56,748 nt of DNA from Spirogloea muscicola (lineage: Eukaryota): positions 404,250 to 460,997 of the forward strand of contig WELB01000012.1 in assembly GCA_009602725.1 (NCBI GenBank), read 5' to 3'. The notes under the pieces were generated by a model, which saw only the letters and a list, made by a program, of their open reading frames with translations, did not search any database and was not told the origin of the DNA. A program made the position numbers and the translations under genes. This document shows positions 1 to 12,900 of this stretch, in pieces. Numbering within the stretch: position 1 is the first letter of the stretch; each line of letters opens with the position of its first letter.

Positions 1-3000
1 TGCATGCCGGCCCTGCTCCACGACCTGGCCCTTCTCAACGACCGCAATGATGTCGGCATTGCGAATGGTGCTCAGCCGGTGGGCCACAACCACAGTGGTC
101 CGGCCGCCCAGACCCAGCAACCGGTCCAGTGCCTCTTGCACGACTCGCTCCGACTCCGCATCAAGTGCCGAGGTCGCCTGGAGCAGCCGGCAAGCAGATG
201 CACTTTGGCTGGTAAGCCGGTCTGAACATTCCAACGTGTCAGAGGCGAGTTCTAATTGCAAGCCGTGCAAGGCAACACAAGGACCTGACTCGACATGCGT
301 ACTGCTCCTGCAAAGGCTTTCACTGAGCACACCGCAGATGCTGGCAAGGCTTCGGCGTCACCTCATCAAGGAGTAGGATGGCCGGGGTCTTGAGGATTGC
401 TCGCGCAATGGCCACCCTCTGCTTCTGGCCTCCTGAGAGCTGCACGCCCCTGTCCCCCACCTGCCACAATCAGAGCAAATGAGGCCGTCAGTGCCGCCTG
501 TTGGATTCACCACACACATTGATGGACATTGAACTCCATATCACAGCCCACCTCCGTATTATAGCCATCTGGCAAGGTGCTGATGAAGCTGTGCGCATTG
601 GCGGCCTTGGCCGCCTCCACAATTTCCGCTTCGGTTGCGTTGTCCTTCCCATACATTATATTATCTCGTATCCTGTGCAAGTTGTGAGGTGTATTTGCAG
701 TGTGGAGCACAATAAGCTTCATAAAAGCAAATAAGACGTGGTGAAGCAACACAGTAGCAGTTTTGTCATCTGCCATGCAGTAAGTTTGAGTTGGCACACA
801 GCAGTGGGCAGGCAGGAAGTGCACCCTAGTAGGACGCAACATTGGGAGGTCCAGTGCTCACGTAGTGGAGAAGAGCGCAGGCTCCTGGGCCACGAGCGCA
901 ATGTGTGTGCGCAGCCAGCGGAGGTTCAGAGTCCGGATGTCGTGGCCATCCACCAGCACGGCCCCTCCCAATGGATCGTAGAACCGCTCTACCAGCGAAA
1001 GCACCGTGCTTTTACCGGAGCCGCTAGCCCCGACAAGAGCCACTGTTTTGCCTGCTGGAACCTGCAACAGTGAAATACCGCTTCCTCTTACCGCGCAACC
1101 TGAGCTGAATGTAAATAAGGCACCATTACACATTCCGGACTTGATATGTTGGTCGTCTGCACTAAGAAATCTGCAAGCCAGCAAGCTGCAGTCATCAGCT
1201 GGTGGCTTACAGTCAGGCTGAACGATGAGAAGACGGGCACGTCTGGTCGCGACGGGTACCGGAACTCGATGTTCCGGAGCTCGATCTTGCCTCTGACCTG
1301 GTCCAACTTCTTGCCACTGGGGTCGTCTGGCTCGATCTCTGTCCTGTAGTCCAGCACCTCATACAACGAGTCTACGGCGCGGCCCCCCTTGGCCAGGTCG
1401 GGGGCCAGCGTCAGCGTCTCCGCAATTGCAAAGGACGTCATAATGAGCACAATGAACACCTGCCACACACAAGCACTTTGCATGGCAGCAGCTGAGCGTG
1501 CTGCTTCCACGAGGCTTCCCCCTGAGCTGCAGCACTAACATGCCTGTCTGGACACCCAATCGGTCACAGAAGCATGCATTGGTGCTAATCAGTGACGCTA
1601 TTGTTTGGCACGCATGACGATCTACAAATTAAGTGATCAAATGGTTCCCAGATATGAGACTCCCATATAGACTGCTTCTCACCTTGAGCACCTCTTTGAA
1701 AGTCGCATCGCCGTCCCTGACCAGGATGCCGCCGTACCAGAGACCGAGGCCAAAGGAGGTGTACATGCAGAACTGCAGCCATCACATACTGCAAATCAGC
1801 TTCAAGCAATTTCTTAGATGCTGGTGCAGGCAACATGGTCTTGATTCGAGCGCGGCTGACCCTGCATCCACAGTACCTGGGAGAAGCCAAATCCAAAGCC
1901 TGCAACCTGGCCTCGCACAAATGTCCGACGTAGTGGTCCGACTAGATGGCTCTCAAAGAGCGCCAGAACCTGTTGATCATGGCGTACAATATATCAGCCT
2001 TCCTTGTAGCGCTGTAGCACTTGTAGCATTGTAGCACTTAGCCCCTTTGCTGCCAGGTCGAAATCGCGAGTGAAGTGGAGGAGGGCTGACCTTGCTCTCA
2101 GCTGAGAAGGCAGCAACCGTGCGGATGTTGCTGACAGCCTCTGCAGCAACCATGCTGGCTTGGGCGTGCGACTTGACTTGATCGCCAGCAAAGCCCTTGA
2201 GGAATGCTTGCTACAGAGCAAGGTGACAGTACATTGTAGGACTGCTTGAGTATACTTGCTTGAGAGCCCATGCCTTTCTTGACACCCTGCTTGACAACAA
2301 TGATGCTAGGAGAGTGGAGGTTAAGGGCAAAAGGTGGTACTTGCACGGCTGCGGCTATGATGAGGACGGGAAAGGTCGCGATGACCACGAGGGCCATCTG
2401 CCACCTAAGTATCAGCGCTATGGTGAAGGCAACAATGACAAGCGCAGCGTTCTGCAGCAAGAGCGCGAGGCGGTCTCCGGCGGCTGCCTTGACGAGCGTG
2501 GCATCCGAGGCCAGCCTCGAAGCCACAGCTCCGGAGCTGTTCTCATCCTTATCAAACCAGCTGACTTGACGTGTGAGGATCGCTGGTTTGTCAAGCAGCA
2601 GGGCTGGGTCAGTTTTGTTGCTCTTGTCATCACGTCTCTTGATAGCCTTGAATTGAACTGGGCCTCTGGAAAATGTATGCCAGTATTCGTCTGGGGAACT
2701 TCTGCTAACTCCTTGCAAAAGTTGTAGCAAATTGTAGCAAGTTGTAGCAGGCAAAGAGCACACACGCCTACTCCTCACAGAGACATCCAGAAGTGATGGG
2801 AGGAATCTGTTGAGAGTTTGCACCTGCGAACATGAGCTCCCGGACGCGCTTGGTCAGCCGCTCACCCATCTTGCCAAAGTTGTAGTGCAGGAGGAGGTTT
2901 CCAATGACTGCAAACACAGACATGCCCATAAACACAAAGCACCAGTGCGCAATTGTGTCCTTCATGTGCCGCTTGTCGACGTCATAGTAAGCAGTCACCA

Positions 3001-6000
3001 CCTGCTCCAGAAACCACATTGATAGGCGTCAACAGGAACCTCATTGACAAGGATGTGGCTGCACTTACTCTGTAGACTGGATACATCTCAAAGCAGGCAT
3101 ATGAGCCTGCTCATCAAAAGGCTCAGAGTATGCAGCAAGTGACATAGACATACGAGAATGTAGACATCCATACCGAGAGGAGAACAAGGCCAAAGACGGG
3201 GTTGACGCAGCCGGACATGATGGCTCCCACGGACCCGAGAATGGCAGACGGCGTATCGGGCCTGCAAAGCTGCAGCAGCCTCCACATGTTCGACTTGCGT
3301 CCCGCTGGCCGCGCTGCATCAGCAGCGCCACTCTTATCTGTGGCTTCCGCGCCCTTAGTTGCTACAGCGCCGCCCTCACTCAGGCCATCGGATAAGTTGC
3401 TCATCTGCAAGCTGATCCTCCTCGACCCCGACTCGCGACCAGACGACCCCAGGGATCTGCATTGACATTGGCATCATGGACACCGATGGTGGGGTGAGGG
3501 CTCTGCACAGCTCCACGTGGCTTCAACATGCACTTTAGTACAACCGTTGGCAGCTGGCTTTCTGACAATCTGCAGCTACCTACTCTAAGCCTGGAATTTA
3601 GGAAGCTGTCAATATACCAGACAGGACTTTCTAGTCTGACGTCAACATCTTCTTGAAACTGGCAGTGAGTAGGTTGTGACCTCTGGTTTCGATCGCCGCC
3701 GTCCTTGCTCATCTGCTGCAGGCGTACGAGGGAGGCATAGGCGCCCCCCTCCCTGTCGATCAGGTCCTGGTGCCGCCCAAGCTCAACGATGGCCCCCTGC
3801 GAGACCACAGCGATCGCGTCTGCATGCTGGATGGTGCTCAACCGATGGGCAATGACCACCGTTGTCCGCCCCACCATGAGCTTGTCCAGCGCGTCCTGAC
3901 AGAGCTCCAGCCAGAAGCCCCCACGAGTCATTGCCCGACGATCGTCTTGCCCGGTCAGCTCGATAGTGAACCAGAGCCAGCAACTAAGGCATACACGTAT
4001 ACAGAGGTTCAAGGAAGGACGACACTCGGCCAACAAGGCAGGTGCAGTTGTTACATATTACACACAGTTACGTGCATAATACATACAATTAATACATACA
4101 TACGTACTTACAGTTCCCACAATATGGATCCAGCTGCCTGCTGGGGCAAGGCAATGGACTGTACCTGGACCACGCGCTCAGACTCAGTGTCAAGCGCGGA
4201 CGTAGCTTCGTCAAGAAGCAGGATGCTGGGGTCCTTGAGGACTGCCCTGGCGATTGCAACCCGCTGCTTCTGTCCGCCTGAGAGCTGCACTCCACGCTCT
4301 CCGACCTGCTCAGGGCAGGATCGGAATGCTCGCCATCAGACCATGATGGACCCAGAAGTCGGGTTGCGCTAACCTGAGGCAAGCACTGATTGCTCCATGT
4401 TGCTCCAGGAACCAAAGCTCGCAGAATAATTCCCCTATCGGCACACCTCTTTCTCTGACTGGTTTTGTGCAAGTGCATGCTGAGGGCCTGAAAACTGAAA
4501 TCAGAAATGCTACTCCTCAATGCAGAGTCACTTTCTCTCAATGAGAAGCCAGACCTGGGTGTCATAAGCGCTCGGCAGCTGGCTGATGAAAGAGTGACAA
4601 TTAGCGGCCCTAGCTGCCCTCTCGACATCCTCCATGGTTGCATCCACCTTCCCATACAAGATGTTCTCCTTGATTGACGTGGCGAAGAGCGCTGGCTCCT
4701 GGCTTACGAGCCCCACTTGTTGACGGAGCCATTTCAGCTGCATCTCCTTGGTGTCCACGCCATCTATGTACACTGAGCCTGTTTGTGCCAAAACGAAGTG
4801 CTAGCATCATGTAATATGTCAATGCTTCACACTCTGCACGGGCGAGATTGCAGAACTTGCGCCCAAAGCCAGTGCGAGACCCGCGCTGCGCAGGCGATGA
4901 TGTGGCATGCACAAGCAGGCGTGCACAAAGTGCATATGGGTACGTGGTTACCTGAGGTGGGGTCGTAGAAGCGCTCTATCAAAGAAACCACTGTGCTCTT
5001 GCCTGAGCCGCTGGTACCAACTAGCGCAACCGTTTTGCCTGCTGGAACTGTCAGGCTGAAGTCTCTGAAGATCTGCACATCTGGCCTCGATGGGTAGCTG
5101 AAGCAAACGTCTCGGAGCTCAATATCCCCACGGACCTGCATAATAGGTTGGGGGGGGGGGGGGGGGGGGNTTTGGGGGGGGGGATTGTTCACTGAAGAGT
5201 AAGGAGGCAGCCTTGACGAATTGATGTGGAGCTTTAAGCTGGCCCAAGATGGAGATATTGGCAGTGCACACTGTCAATGTCAATTGCAATCTACATGCAT
5301 TTTCGATAAAACATTGGAGTATGCATAATCAGCAAGGTCAAGGACAGGGTGTGACACAAGACGACCTTGGCCGGAGTCAGCAATTGCCGCTGCTTGCAAA
5401 GTTGGGCGTGCTACCTTAGGCAGCGTCTTGCCTTCCTTCTCGGCATCTATCGCAGGCTTGCGGTTGATCATCTCAAAGATCTTGTACGCGGCCGCCTTGC
5501 CCTCCCCAAAAGCGGTGTAATTGGGAGCAGCTTGTCCCAAGCTTCTGTAGATCAAGCGCTGGCTTAGCAACATAAGACCTTCCCGTCTCAGTGAAGAGCA
5601 GCTGCAACCAGAGCAATGCTTTGCTGCATGAAGAGTTCAAGCCACTGGGATATCAAGAGATTGATCACGGACATTCCGCCGATGATAACAGAGAACATGG
5701 TGCTGAGTGCCTTGCCGCCATTGACGTTCTCGCTGGGATCAGCAACTAGCTCCCCGGCGTACCAGAACACCAGAGCCCAGATGCAGAACATGGTCCCAAA
5801 AGTAAACCCCAGCCCCAGCCCTTTCGCCAGCCCGCCCTGCATCGCAGATTGATGCCTCTTACGCTCACGTTCCTAAACTGCATGCTCAGGTGACATCTGG
5901 CACAAATTCTAGCTTCAAGTATCCCACACAGAGCATTGCTTTTTGTTGCATTCGTACTGGCACACATAAGCAGACATCCTGCAACTCATCGCTTGAGCAT

Positions 6001-7929
6001 ATGGTGTGTTTGATAGTCTCAGCTCCTTCGACCTGGATGCCCAGCTTGAGCGGCCTCTCAAGGGCTGCAGCGTAAGCACGGAGTGTCCTGCTCTCGCCCG
6101 TGAACGAATAAACCGTTCGCACCTGAGCAACAGCCTGTTTTCGGACGACGGAGGGGCAGGTCAGCAGAGGCTGGGAGCTTGAAAAGCCTTTATCACAAGG
6201 CCCCAGCAGATGGCAAGTCAAGCAGAGTCACGAACCAAGTCCCGCAAGTCAGGCGCAGCTCAGACTCTCCCATCAATTGAAATAGTCAAGCGCCGCCGAC
6301 AAAGAAGTACCAACAATAACTCTCTCAACATCTGCTGGACATGCGGTCACCTGCTCGGCAACACCACCCGCCTGCACGTATGCCTCCTGGCCCTTGGACG
6401 TGAGGCCGCTGAGAACGACGGCATATGTGCCGCCAGCAACGGCGATAATAGGCACCACGGCCAGGATGACGAGAGTCAGCTTCCAGATGAGCGTAAAGCC
6501 CACGACGAAGCCTGTCACAAACGTCGCCATGAAGTGCAGGTAGTTGCCCACCTGCATGCATGCATCATCCCCACTCACCAGGTAGAATGGATCAATAATG
6601 TGAGGAACTAAGTCGGCAGTCACTAGTCAGTGGGTTTGGAACTTGGAAAGCTGTAGGTGGGGAAGCCGGCTTGGCTCGCTTCTTGCCTTCTCGCTGATGG
6701 CATTCTGGACGAGCAGGACATCGGAGGAGACGCGCGTGACGATCTCGCCGCTGTTGCCCTCGGTGTCAAAGTAGCCGACCTCCTGCTTCAGCATTGCCTC
6801 GAGGTACTTGGAGCGAATACGTGCCGACTGCCGCTCCCCTGTCTGCATCCATGCCGCAACCTCTGCCGGGCCCCCCCTTCCGACCACCATTGTCAGAGGC
6901 TTTCCACCGAGCCAGACTCGTCTGACGGCCTCTTCAGGAAACAGCGAGCTGGCCCTGTCCGGAGGGCTTCCTATCACGTGCTAGAATTTGCAACAATGGG
7001 GGACGTGGACGAGCAGCGGCAGGCAAAGCAGCTGCAGCAGCAGCACTCACCCACCCAGCCGGCGACCCAGACCACAAGCCCGAGGTACAGAAAGTCCAGC
7101 ACGTACTGCGAGGACACGAGCATTGAGGCATGGTTCACAGAGGTGAGGTTCCGAGCACGTTGATGCAAGCCCGAGGTGCATGCGAGGGCAGGGGCAATGG
7201 GGCACGCTGTGCGAGCGAGCGGTCGCCACGCCTACCGGATCAGCTGGGCTGGCTCAGCTGACCTTGTCGACTTGGTGGGAGACCCGGTTGTCCGAGAGCG
7301 TCCCGAAGCTGTTGATGATCTTGCCGAAGAAGAGGAAGAAGATGGGCAGCGCGGCGCCGTGCGCCGCCGCGCCGATCGACCCGACGACCATCAGCAGGAC
7401 GTCCAGAGAGTCTGCAGCGGCCCAGAAGATGGACAATGCGGCTAGTATGATCTCAAATTATGATTGAAATGCTGCTGATATTGAAGGTGGAAGGTGGAGG
7501 GCCAGAGCCTGAGCTCCTGCGAGCTGCCGGGCATGGCGCCGGTCGGCCAATGCAGAGAGCGCCGCAGGCTGTGCCGAGCCAGTGGCCTGGCCGCGGCAGG
7601 GGCTGTGGGTGCTCTCACCGGCGAAGGCAAAGAGGCGGTAGAACGGCACGGCCTTGGCCTTGGGCTCCTTGGCCTTGCCCGCCTTCTTGCCCCGCTTCTT
7701 CTCCGCCGCCTCCGCGAGGCCTGCGCCGCCGTTCCATCGCCAATGTCAGACGTCCCGCGCAATGCCTCCGGAGGAGCCCTCGCGCCAAAGGAAAAAGACG
7801 GCGCGCTGCGCTTCGGGCGGGGCTGCGGGACCGGCCTGCGGCAGGGCCCGGCGGCGGCGGCGGCGGCGGCGGCACAATGGCATCCTCGACGAGGTCGATG
7901 GCGTGCAGGACGGCGCCGGCGGGGCCGCC
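1..7929 (-). CDS. ABCB: Full-size ABCB (MDR/P-glycoprotein) transporter, plant ABCB1/ABCB19-like. Multi-exon; the 5' end is in the N-gap at 7930-8150 and the 3' end runs off the window.
   Basis: Exon translations give TMD1 ([10 protein letters not shown] / [30 protein letters not shown] / [13 protein letters not shown]) and NBD1 ([34 protein letters not shown]). TMD2 ([20 protein letters not shown]) and NBD2 ([45 protein letters not shown]) follow. Exons are bounded by GT/GC-AG, e.g. 7720-7619, 1969-1877, 177-1. Confidence 0.97.
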
Positions 7930-8150
7930 NNNNNNNNNNNNNNNNNNNNNNNNNNNNNNNNNNNNNNNNNNNNNNNNNNNNNNNNNNNNNNNNNNNNNNN
8001 NNNNNNNNNNNNNNNNNNNNNNNNNNNNNNNNNNNNNNNNNNNNNNNNNNNNNNNNNNNNNNNNNNNNNNNNNNNNNNNNNNNNNNNNNNNNNNNNNNNN
8101 NNNNNNNNNNNNNNNNNNNNNNNNNNNNNNNNNNNNNNNNNNNNNNNNNN
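7930..8150. other. Assembly gap (N) over the ABCB 5' end
   Basis: Run of N flanked by very GC-rich sequence. Confidence 1.
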
Positions 8151-8302
8151 GCCGCTCCGGTCCCGCGCCGCCACGTGGCGGATGCGGGCCGCGCGCCCCG
8201 CGCCCACGGGGCCCCCCTCGCAGGCTCGTGCGCCGTCGGCCCCCATGGCGAGGCCAGCTTTGGCCAGCGGCAGCCGTGAGGCCCCCTTCCGCCGCCGCCT
8301 CT

Positions 8303-9330
8303 GGGTACTGAGCTTCCCACTGCATCGTTTCTGTGTTCTGCAGTGTTTTGTGGTGTAGTCCTTTCTCCGGCTCCTCTTTCTTTGGCTTTGGACATTGTCC
8401 ATTCCTTTTTGGGCTGGCTTTGCCACACCCTCTTCTCTATGGGCGCGCACTTCTCTCTGGTCTCGGCGGCGTGCCTCTTTCCCTGCAGCGAGCTACTCAG
8501 ACCTGATGGTGCTCACTCGTGGGTACTGAGCATCCCTCTGCACCGTCTATGTGTTTTGCAGTGTTTTGTAGTGTAGTCCTTTTTCCGGCTCCTCTTTCTT
8601 TGGCTTTGGACATTGTCCATTCTTTTTTGATCTGGCTTTGCCAGCCCCTCTTCTCTAAGGGCGAGCCCTTCCTTCCAGCACCCCAAGAGCTGCTCCCAAG
8701 GGGGCGGGCGGGGGCTGTGACGAGGAAGTGGCTCTCCCAAACCATGGGTACCATGGGGGAGCGGGTGGATCCCCTTGCAGCAGGCTCGCTCCCGCAGGTG
8801 CGTCGCATGCGCCTGTCCGTCTCGCTGCAGAGGTCCATGGACTTGCGCCCTGCATCTGCGTGCCGGTCGTGCCTTGGCTGCAGCTTCTGGCCCTGCCAGG
8901 GGACCCGCCACCAGGAGGAATTGGTCGCCCATAGACATTAGGGCTGGGAAAGGCCAGCCCAAAAAGAATGGACAAGGTCCGAAGAGCCAAAAGGTGCCGG
9001 GACAAGAAACCACACAACTAGACACGAGACGACCGCAGATGGAAGCTTGGTACCCACCAGTGAGCAGCAGCAAGTCGGAGTAACTCGCAGCTGGCACTCC
9101 GCCCAGCCTTAGATGCAGCAGCCATAGCATGGACACAAGAGGGCGAGGTCTGCGAAAGAAGCCGCTTAGTAGCCCCCAGTCGACAGCCGCCAATAGGGAT
9201 GACCAGCAGGGGGGCAGAGGAATGTCTTCCCAAATGAGGCAGCGTCTGTGAGAGGCCAGCCCCAAAGATAGGGACAAGGTCAAGGGGGAAGGCCAAAGAC
9301 GACAGCGCAAATCACACAGCAAGACAAGTG
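8303..9330. repeat. Cluster of an unclassified dispersed repeat: tandem copies at 8303-8445 and 8521-8665 (reverse), then forward copies at 8925-9103 and about 9245-9330. MITE/foldback-like.
   Basis: 8303-8445 and 8521-8665 are near-identical direct repeats (gggtactgagc...ttggctttggacattgtccatt...ctggctttgcca). 8464-8665 is the reverse complement of 8925-9103 (gctcactcgtgggtac vs gtacccaccagtgagc; cgcccatag...ccagcccaaaaagaatggacaa). Confidence 0.85.
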
Positions 9331-9998
9331 GCTAACATGGACAGCCAACTAGAAACCACTGATCAATCGCCGGCGCAAGTAGCAGAAGGCAATAGTCGCC
9401 CGCCGACGTCTGGAGGCGGCAGCCTGAAGGCACGACCAGCATGCACGCAATTGGGCGCTCTTTGCCAAAGCTGCTGGAGGGGGTCGAGCCACCGAGTCCC
9501 ACATGACATCTAATGCCCATGGCTGGGCTAGACGATCCACTGGCCCCTGCAGCAGCTCGCAAATCCTGACAACTGAACGCCCCTCAATCCTGAACCCTGA
9601 CCCCTAAATCACCCCCTCTCAAACCACTCCCACACGTTGGAAATAAGCAGAGTCTCGCTCAGCTGGATTGCTTGATAAGCATGTCCCTCCAGCCTTCGAA
9701 GCCACTTGCGTTGTGCCATCACCTTCCACACTCGTGGTGGCAAGCCTCACCATCGAGCTTCTTAGTGTTCCTCACAATAGTCCTTAATGAGGGGAGCTTG
9801 TCATCAGCTGCCGGTCAAGAAAGCGGTCATGGTCTTCCTCCGCTTTATCACCCTTGCATCAGCAGAGCTTAAGCCCTCCGCATTAGAAATCATTAACTAG
9901 AAGATATTTGGCTCGTGACAAAAGCATAGCAAGACGTGCTGCATGGTGCACCACGCACAGAAACACACAGTGAAGGTAAGCTGGTTAGATACAGAGCT

Positions 9999-12900
9999 TC
10001 AGCTTGACGCCGTCAGAGCTGTAGGAGCCTCAGCACCTGATGCCCTATGATCCAGAGGCATATCGTCTCTTAAGTGCACTGGGACCACCATGTAGTCTCT
10101 CGCCGCAACCACCGCCTTGCTCTGGAATGATGCCCTGGCTGCTTCCACCATGTTCTGAACTGTCTCCTCTGTCTGCTTCTGAGCGGCAGCAGCACACAGT
10201 GCTGCTTAAGAACCCAACAATTGCATCCCAAGCCACAAGTAAGACATGCGAGCAACCTTGACTCTGTTGGCCTCAGCAGCCTGACAGCGGCATGTTGGCA
10301 TAGATGTTGGCATAGGCACACAAGAGCTTGGCTAAAGGAAGGTGAGGCATGGCACACGTGCTCACATTGGGGCTGTATAGAGCACCCTCCACTCTCGAGC
10401 TGAAGTGGGTGAGTACCAGCTGCTCGGCTTCCAGCAACCGAGCGAAGTGTCCAGCCATTGCTACAAAGAAGAGGCCATGACTAAAGTCTACTGAATGACA
10501 GGCTGCAAGCTTGAACAAGGCATTGCAGTGCAACATGAGAGACAGTGATGCAGTGACGCGTGCATACCAGTGCTTGTACACATGCTGCATAGCAAAGTTG
10601 CGTGGACAGGGAGAAGTACACTTACAAGCCGTGGAGTGCATGCGATGAGAAGCTTCAGAAGCCAAACTCTCGCCCAGTGTGGCCTCGTGGACTAGCACGT
10701 CTGCTCCCCGGCCTTCCGCTAATAAGCTGCTCGAGTCGCAAGTATCTCCTAGTATGACTGCACGGCAGAAGAGGTGATGTTTTTCCAGCATTGCAGCACT
10801 AAATCACTGCTGACCGGGATATTCAGAACCCCATCCTGCTGACAGAGAATTGTCCCAAATGGAGGCGAGCATGAACTCTTGAACGCTGGAGCAGAAGCAC
10901 AAATTGCTATTGCTGCAGCTAGTCAATGAGTTGCTGCTTTTCACCTACTCGACGTCCTCTTCGAGGAGACCCCAGGACCTGAGCAGGGGTCACCTGCAAG
11001 TATAGTCTCATCGAGACATTACTGCCAGCTGTAAGAAATATTGTGATGCTGTGATAGTGTTGCTTTGTGACAAACAAGCACATGTATTAAAATGGGCAGA
11101 TGGGCAGGCAATCGGATTCATACGACTCTCCCATCGTGGAGCACGATGTTGTGTCCCTTTTGGAGCTGCGCGTATGCTGGCCCCGGAGGTACCCGTAGCT
11201 CCTGAGCTTTCTCAATGGAGAATCTGATAAACTCCAGCACGCGACAACCCTTCTCAGAGACATAATCTGCAAATGCCACTACAAGCCACTGCAGCACATA
11301 CAGAGCAAGTGAGCTGGGGACAGGCATTGCACGTAGGCTGCGGGGCAAGCATCGTAAGCAACTGAGCATGAGCTTGCTCTGAACCTTTTGCTGGTAATCT
11401 GGGTAACACTGTAATCTGCTTGGCACGCAGCGACTGGCTTAGGAGATAGTTGCGCAGTCATCGGCCCAGGGCAAGTACCTGCCAGGTCGTGTCTGCTCAG
11501 AGATGACGAATCCCCAACAGGGGATGCTGTGTCGGAGGAAGCCTGCTCTCACAACATACTGCTCGTCCTCGTACCTGGCAAGCCGGCAGCAGATGCAATC
11601 TGTGGTTCAGAGGAATCTTCTGCTCCTACGATCCTTGTTCAGTATTGGCTGATAGAGCACATCCTGCTCTTTAGCTGTTTGCATACTTCAATAAATACGG
11701 GTTTGCGCTTGAGCCACTTTTGCCCACTCACAGATCCCAAAGGCCATTAATGGAGCATGTAATGTCATCCCCTGGCAATTCATCCCTGTGCAGATTCACA
11801 GCCTCGTCACGTCCCGCGCCCCAGCTTCTGTGTCGGTGGTCCTGCTTGAGAAAGGCAGGCGAGAGCTCACAGATGAGCTTTCTAGGAAAGTGGCCAGACC
11901 TGGCAACCATCGAATATTGTCAAGCAACGAGCTGCACTTGACAATAAGCACAGTGCAGACCTCTCGGAGGATGAGCTCGTGTACAGAGTATTTGGGCCGG
12001 ATGCTGGCTTCTGCCACTTTCAGAGTCGTGCGTATCCAGTGCCTGAGGCCCTCGGGCCCATATATCTCCACAGGTGGCCTGTCGCTTGATGCAGTGTGGC
12101 TGATCATGCACAGCAATCCTGACAAGAGCTGCAAAATCTCAGGACAATCTATCTGCAAGGGCTCCGGATGAGCCAGCATCTAGAGGCTGCATGCAACGTT
12201 CTTAGAGATAATGGTTTAGGGCTTAGGATTTGGAGTTTGGGGGTTCGGGGTTAGTGTTTAGGGTTTAGGGTTGGCAATACGACTTAAGAAAGAAGGTTTA
12301 GTGAAGAGCAGGGGAGCAAGCAGCATAAGTCTCGCCATGAGTTGCACCTGGTAAACCAAAGAGCTGGCGAGCCATCACCATGGCAGAAACACGCAAGGAG
12401 TGCATCAGCAGTCGTCCTTAAAGCGTGGACTCTCAATCCTATGTCAATCTTGAAATTGATTCCTGAACTAGGATGCTCGTATAAGCATGCGATGCACACC
12501 ACTCTAAAAATCTGCCAAAGGCATGCAAACGCCACAAGCGCTCGCAATGAGCTTGCCCCTCACATGGTCGCCATGTGTGTGGGAGATGAAGATGCGGTCA
12601 ATACTGCGGGGCCGGAATGGCGCCTGAGCCATTTGACGTTGGACGCCCTCTCCACAGTCAAAGAGAAAGGTGGTGCCGGCTGGTGGCAAGACAAACATGT
12701 ATCATGCAGGACATCAAGAAGACCCCGAAAGGGGACAGTGAATCCTGGACCCTAAACTATGGACTCCTGAACCCTAACCCTTGAGCATATCGTCGGCAGC
12801 TGCCGGGAAGGTCCAGTGGCACAGCAACAGGGAAACAAGGCAGCAATTTGCAAGTCCTTCAAGCAGTGTAGGCTTGTCAATGATTGCTCGACACTGGGGT

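Noticed and set aside
4..7467. Many plus-strand ORFs opposite ABCB (and similar antisense ORFs opposite other genes)
   Set aside because: Antisense shadows of GC-rich exons with no recognisable domains.
7442..8450. Long ORFs spanning N-gaps (also 31292-33301, 38560-39676, 51275-52805)
   Set aside because: Their length is an artefact of translating Ns and GC-rich, stop-poor DNA; only the parts matching real exons are credible.
8303..9330. Repeat clusters as a CRISPR-like array
   Set aside because: Copies are diverged, irregularly spaced and in both orientations, the context is eukaryotic, and there are no cas-like ORFs.
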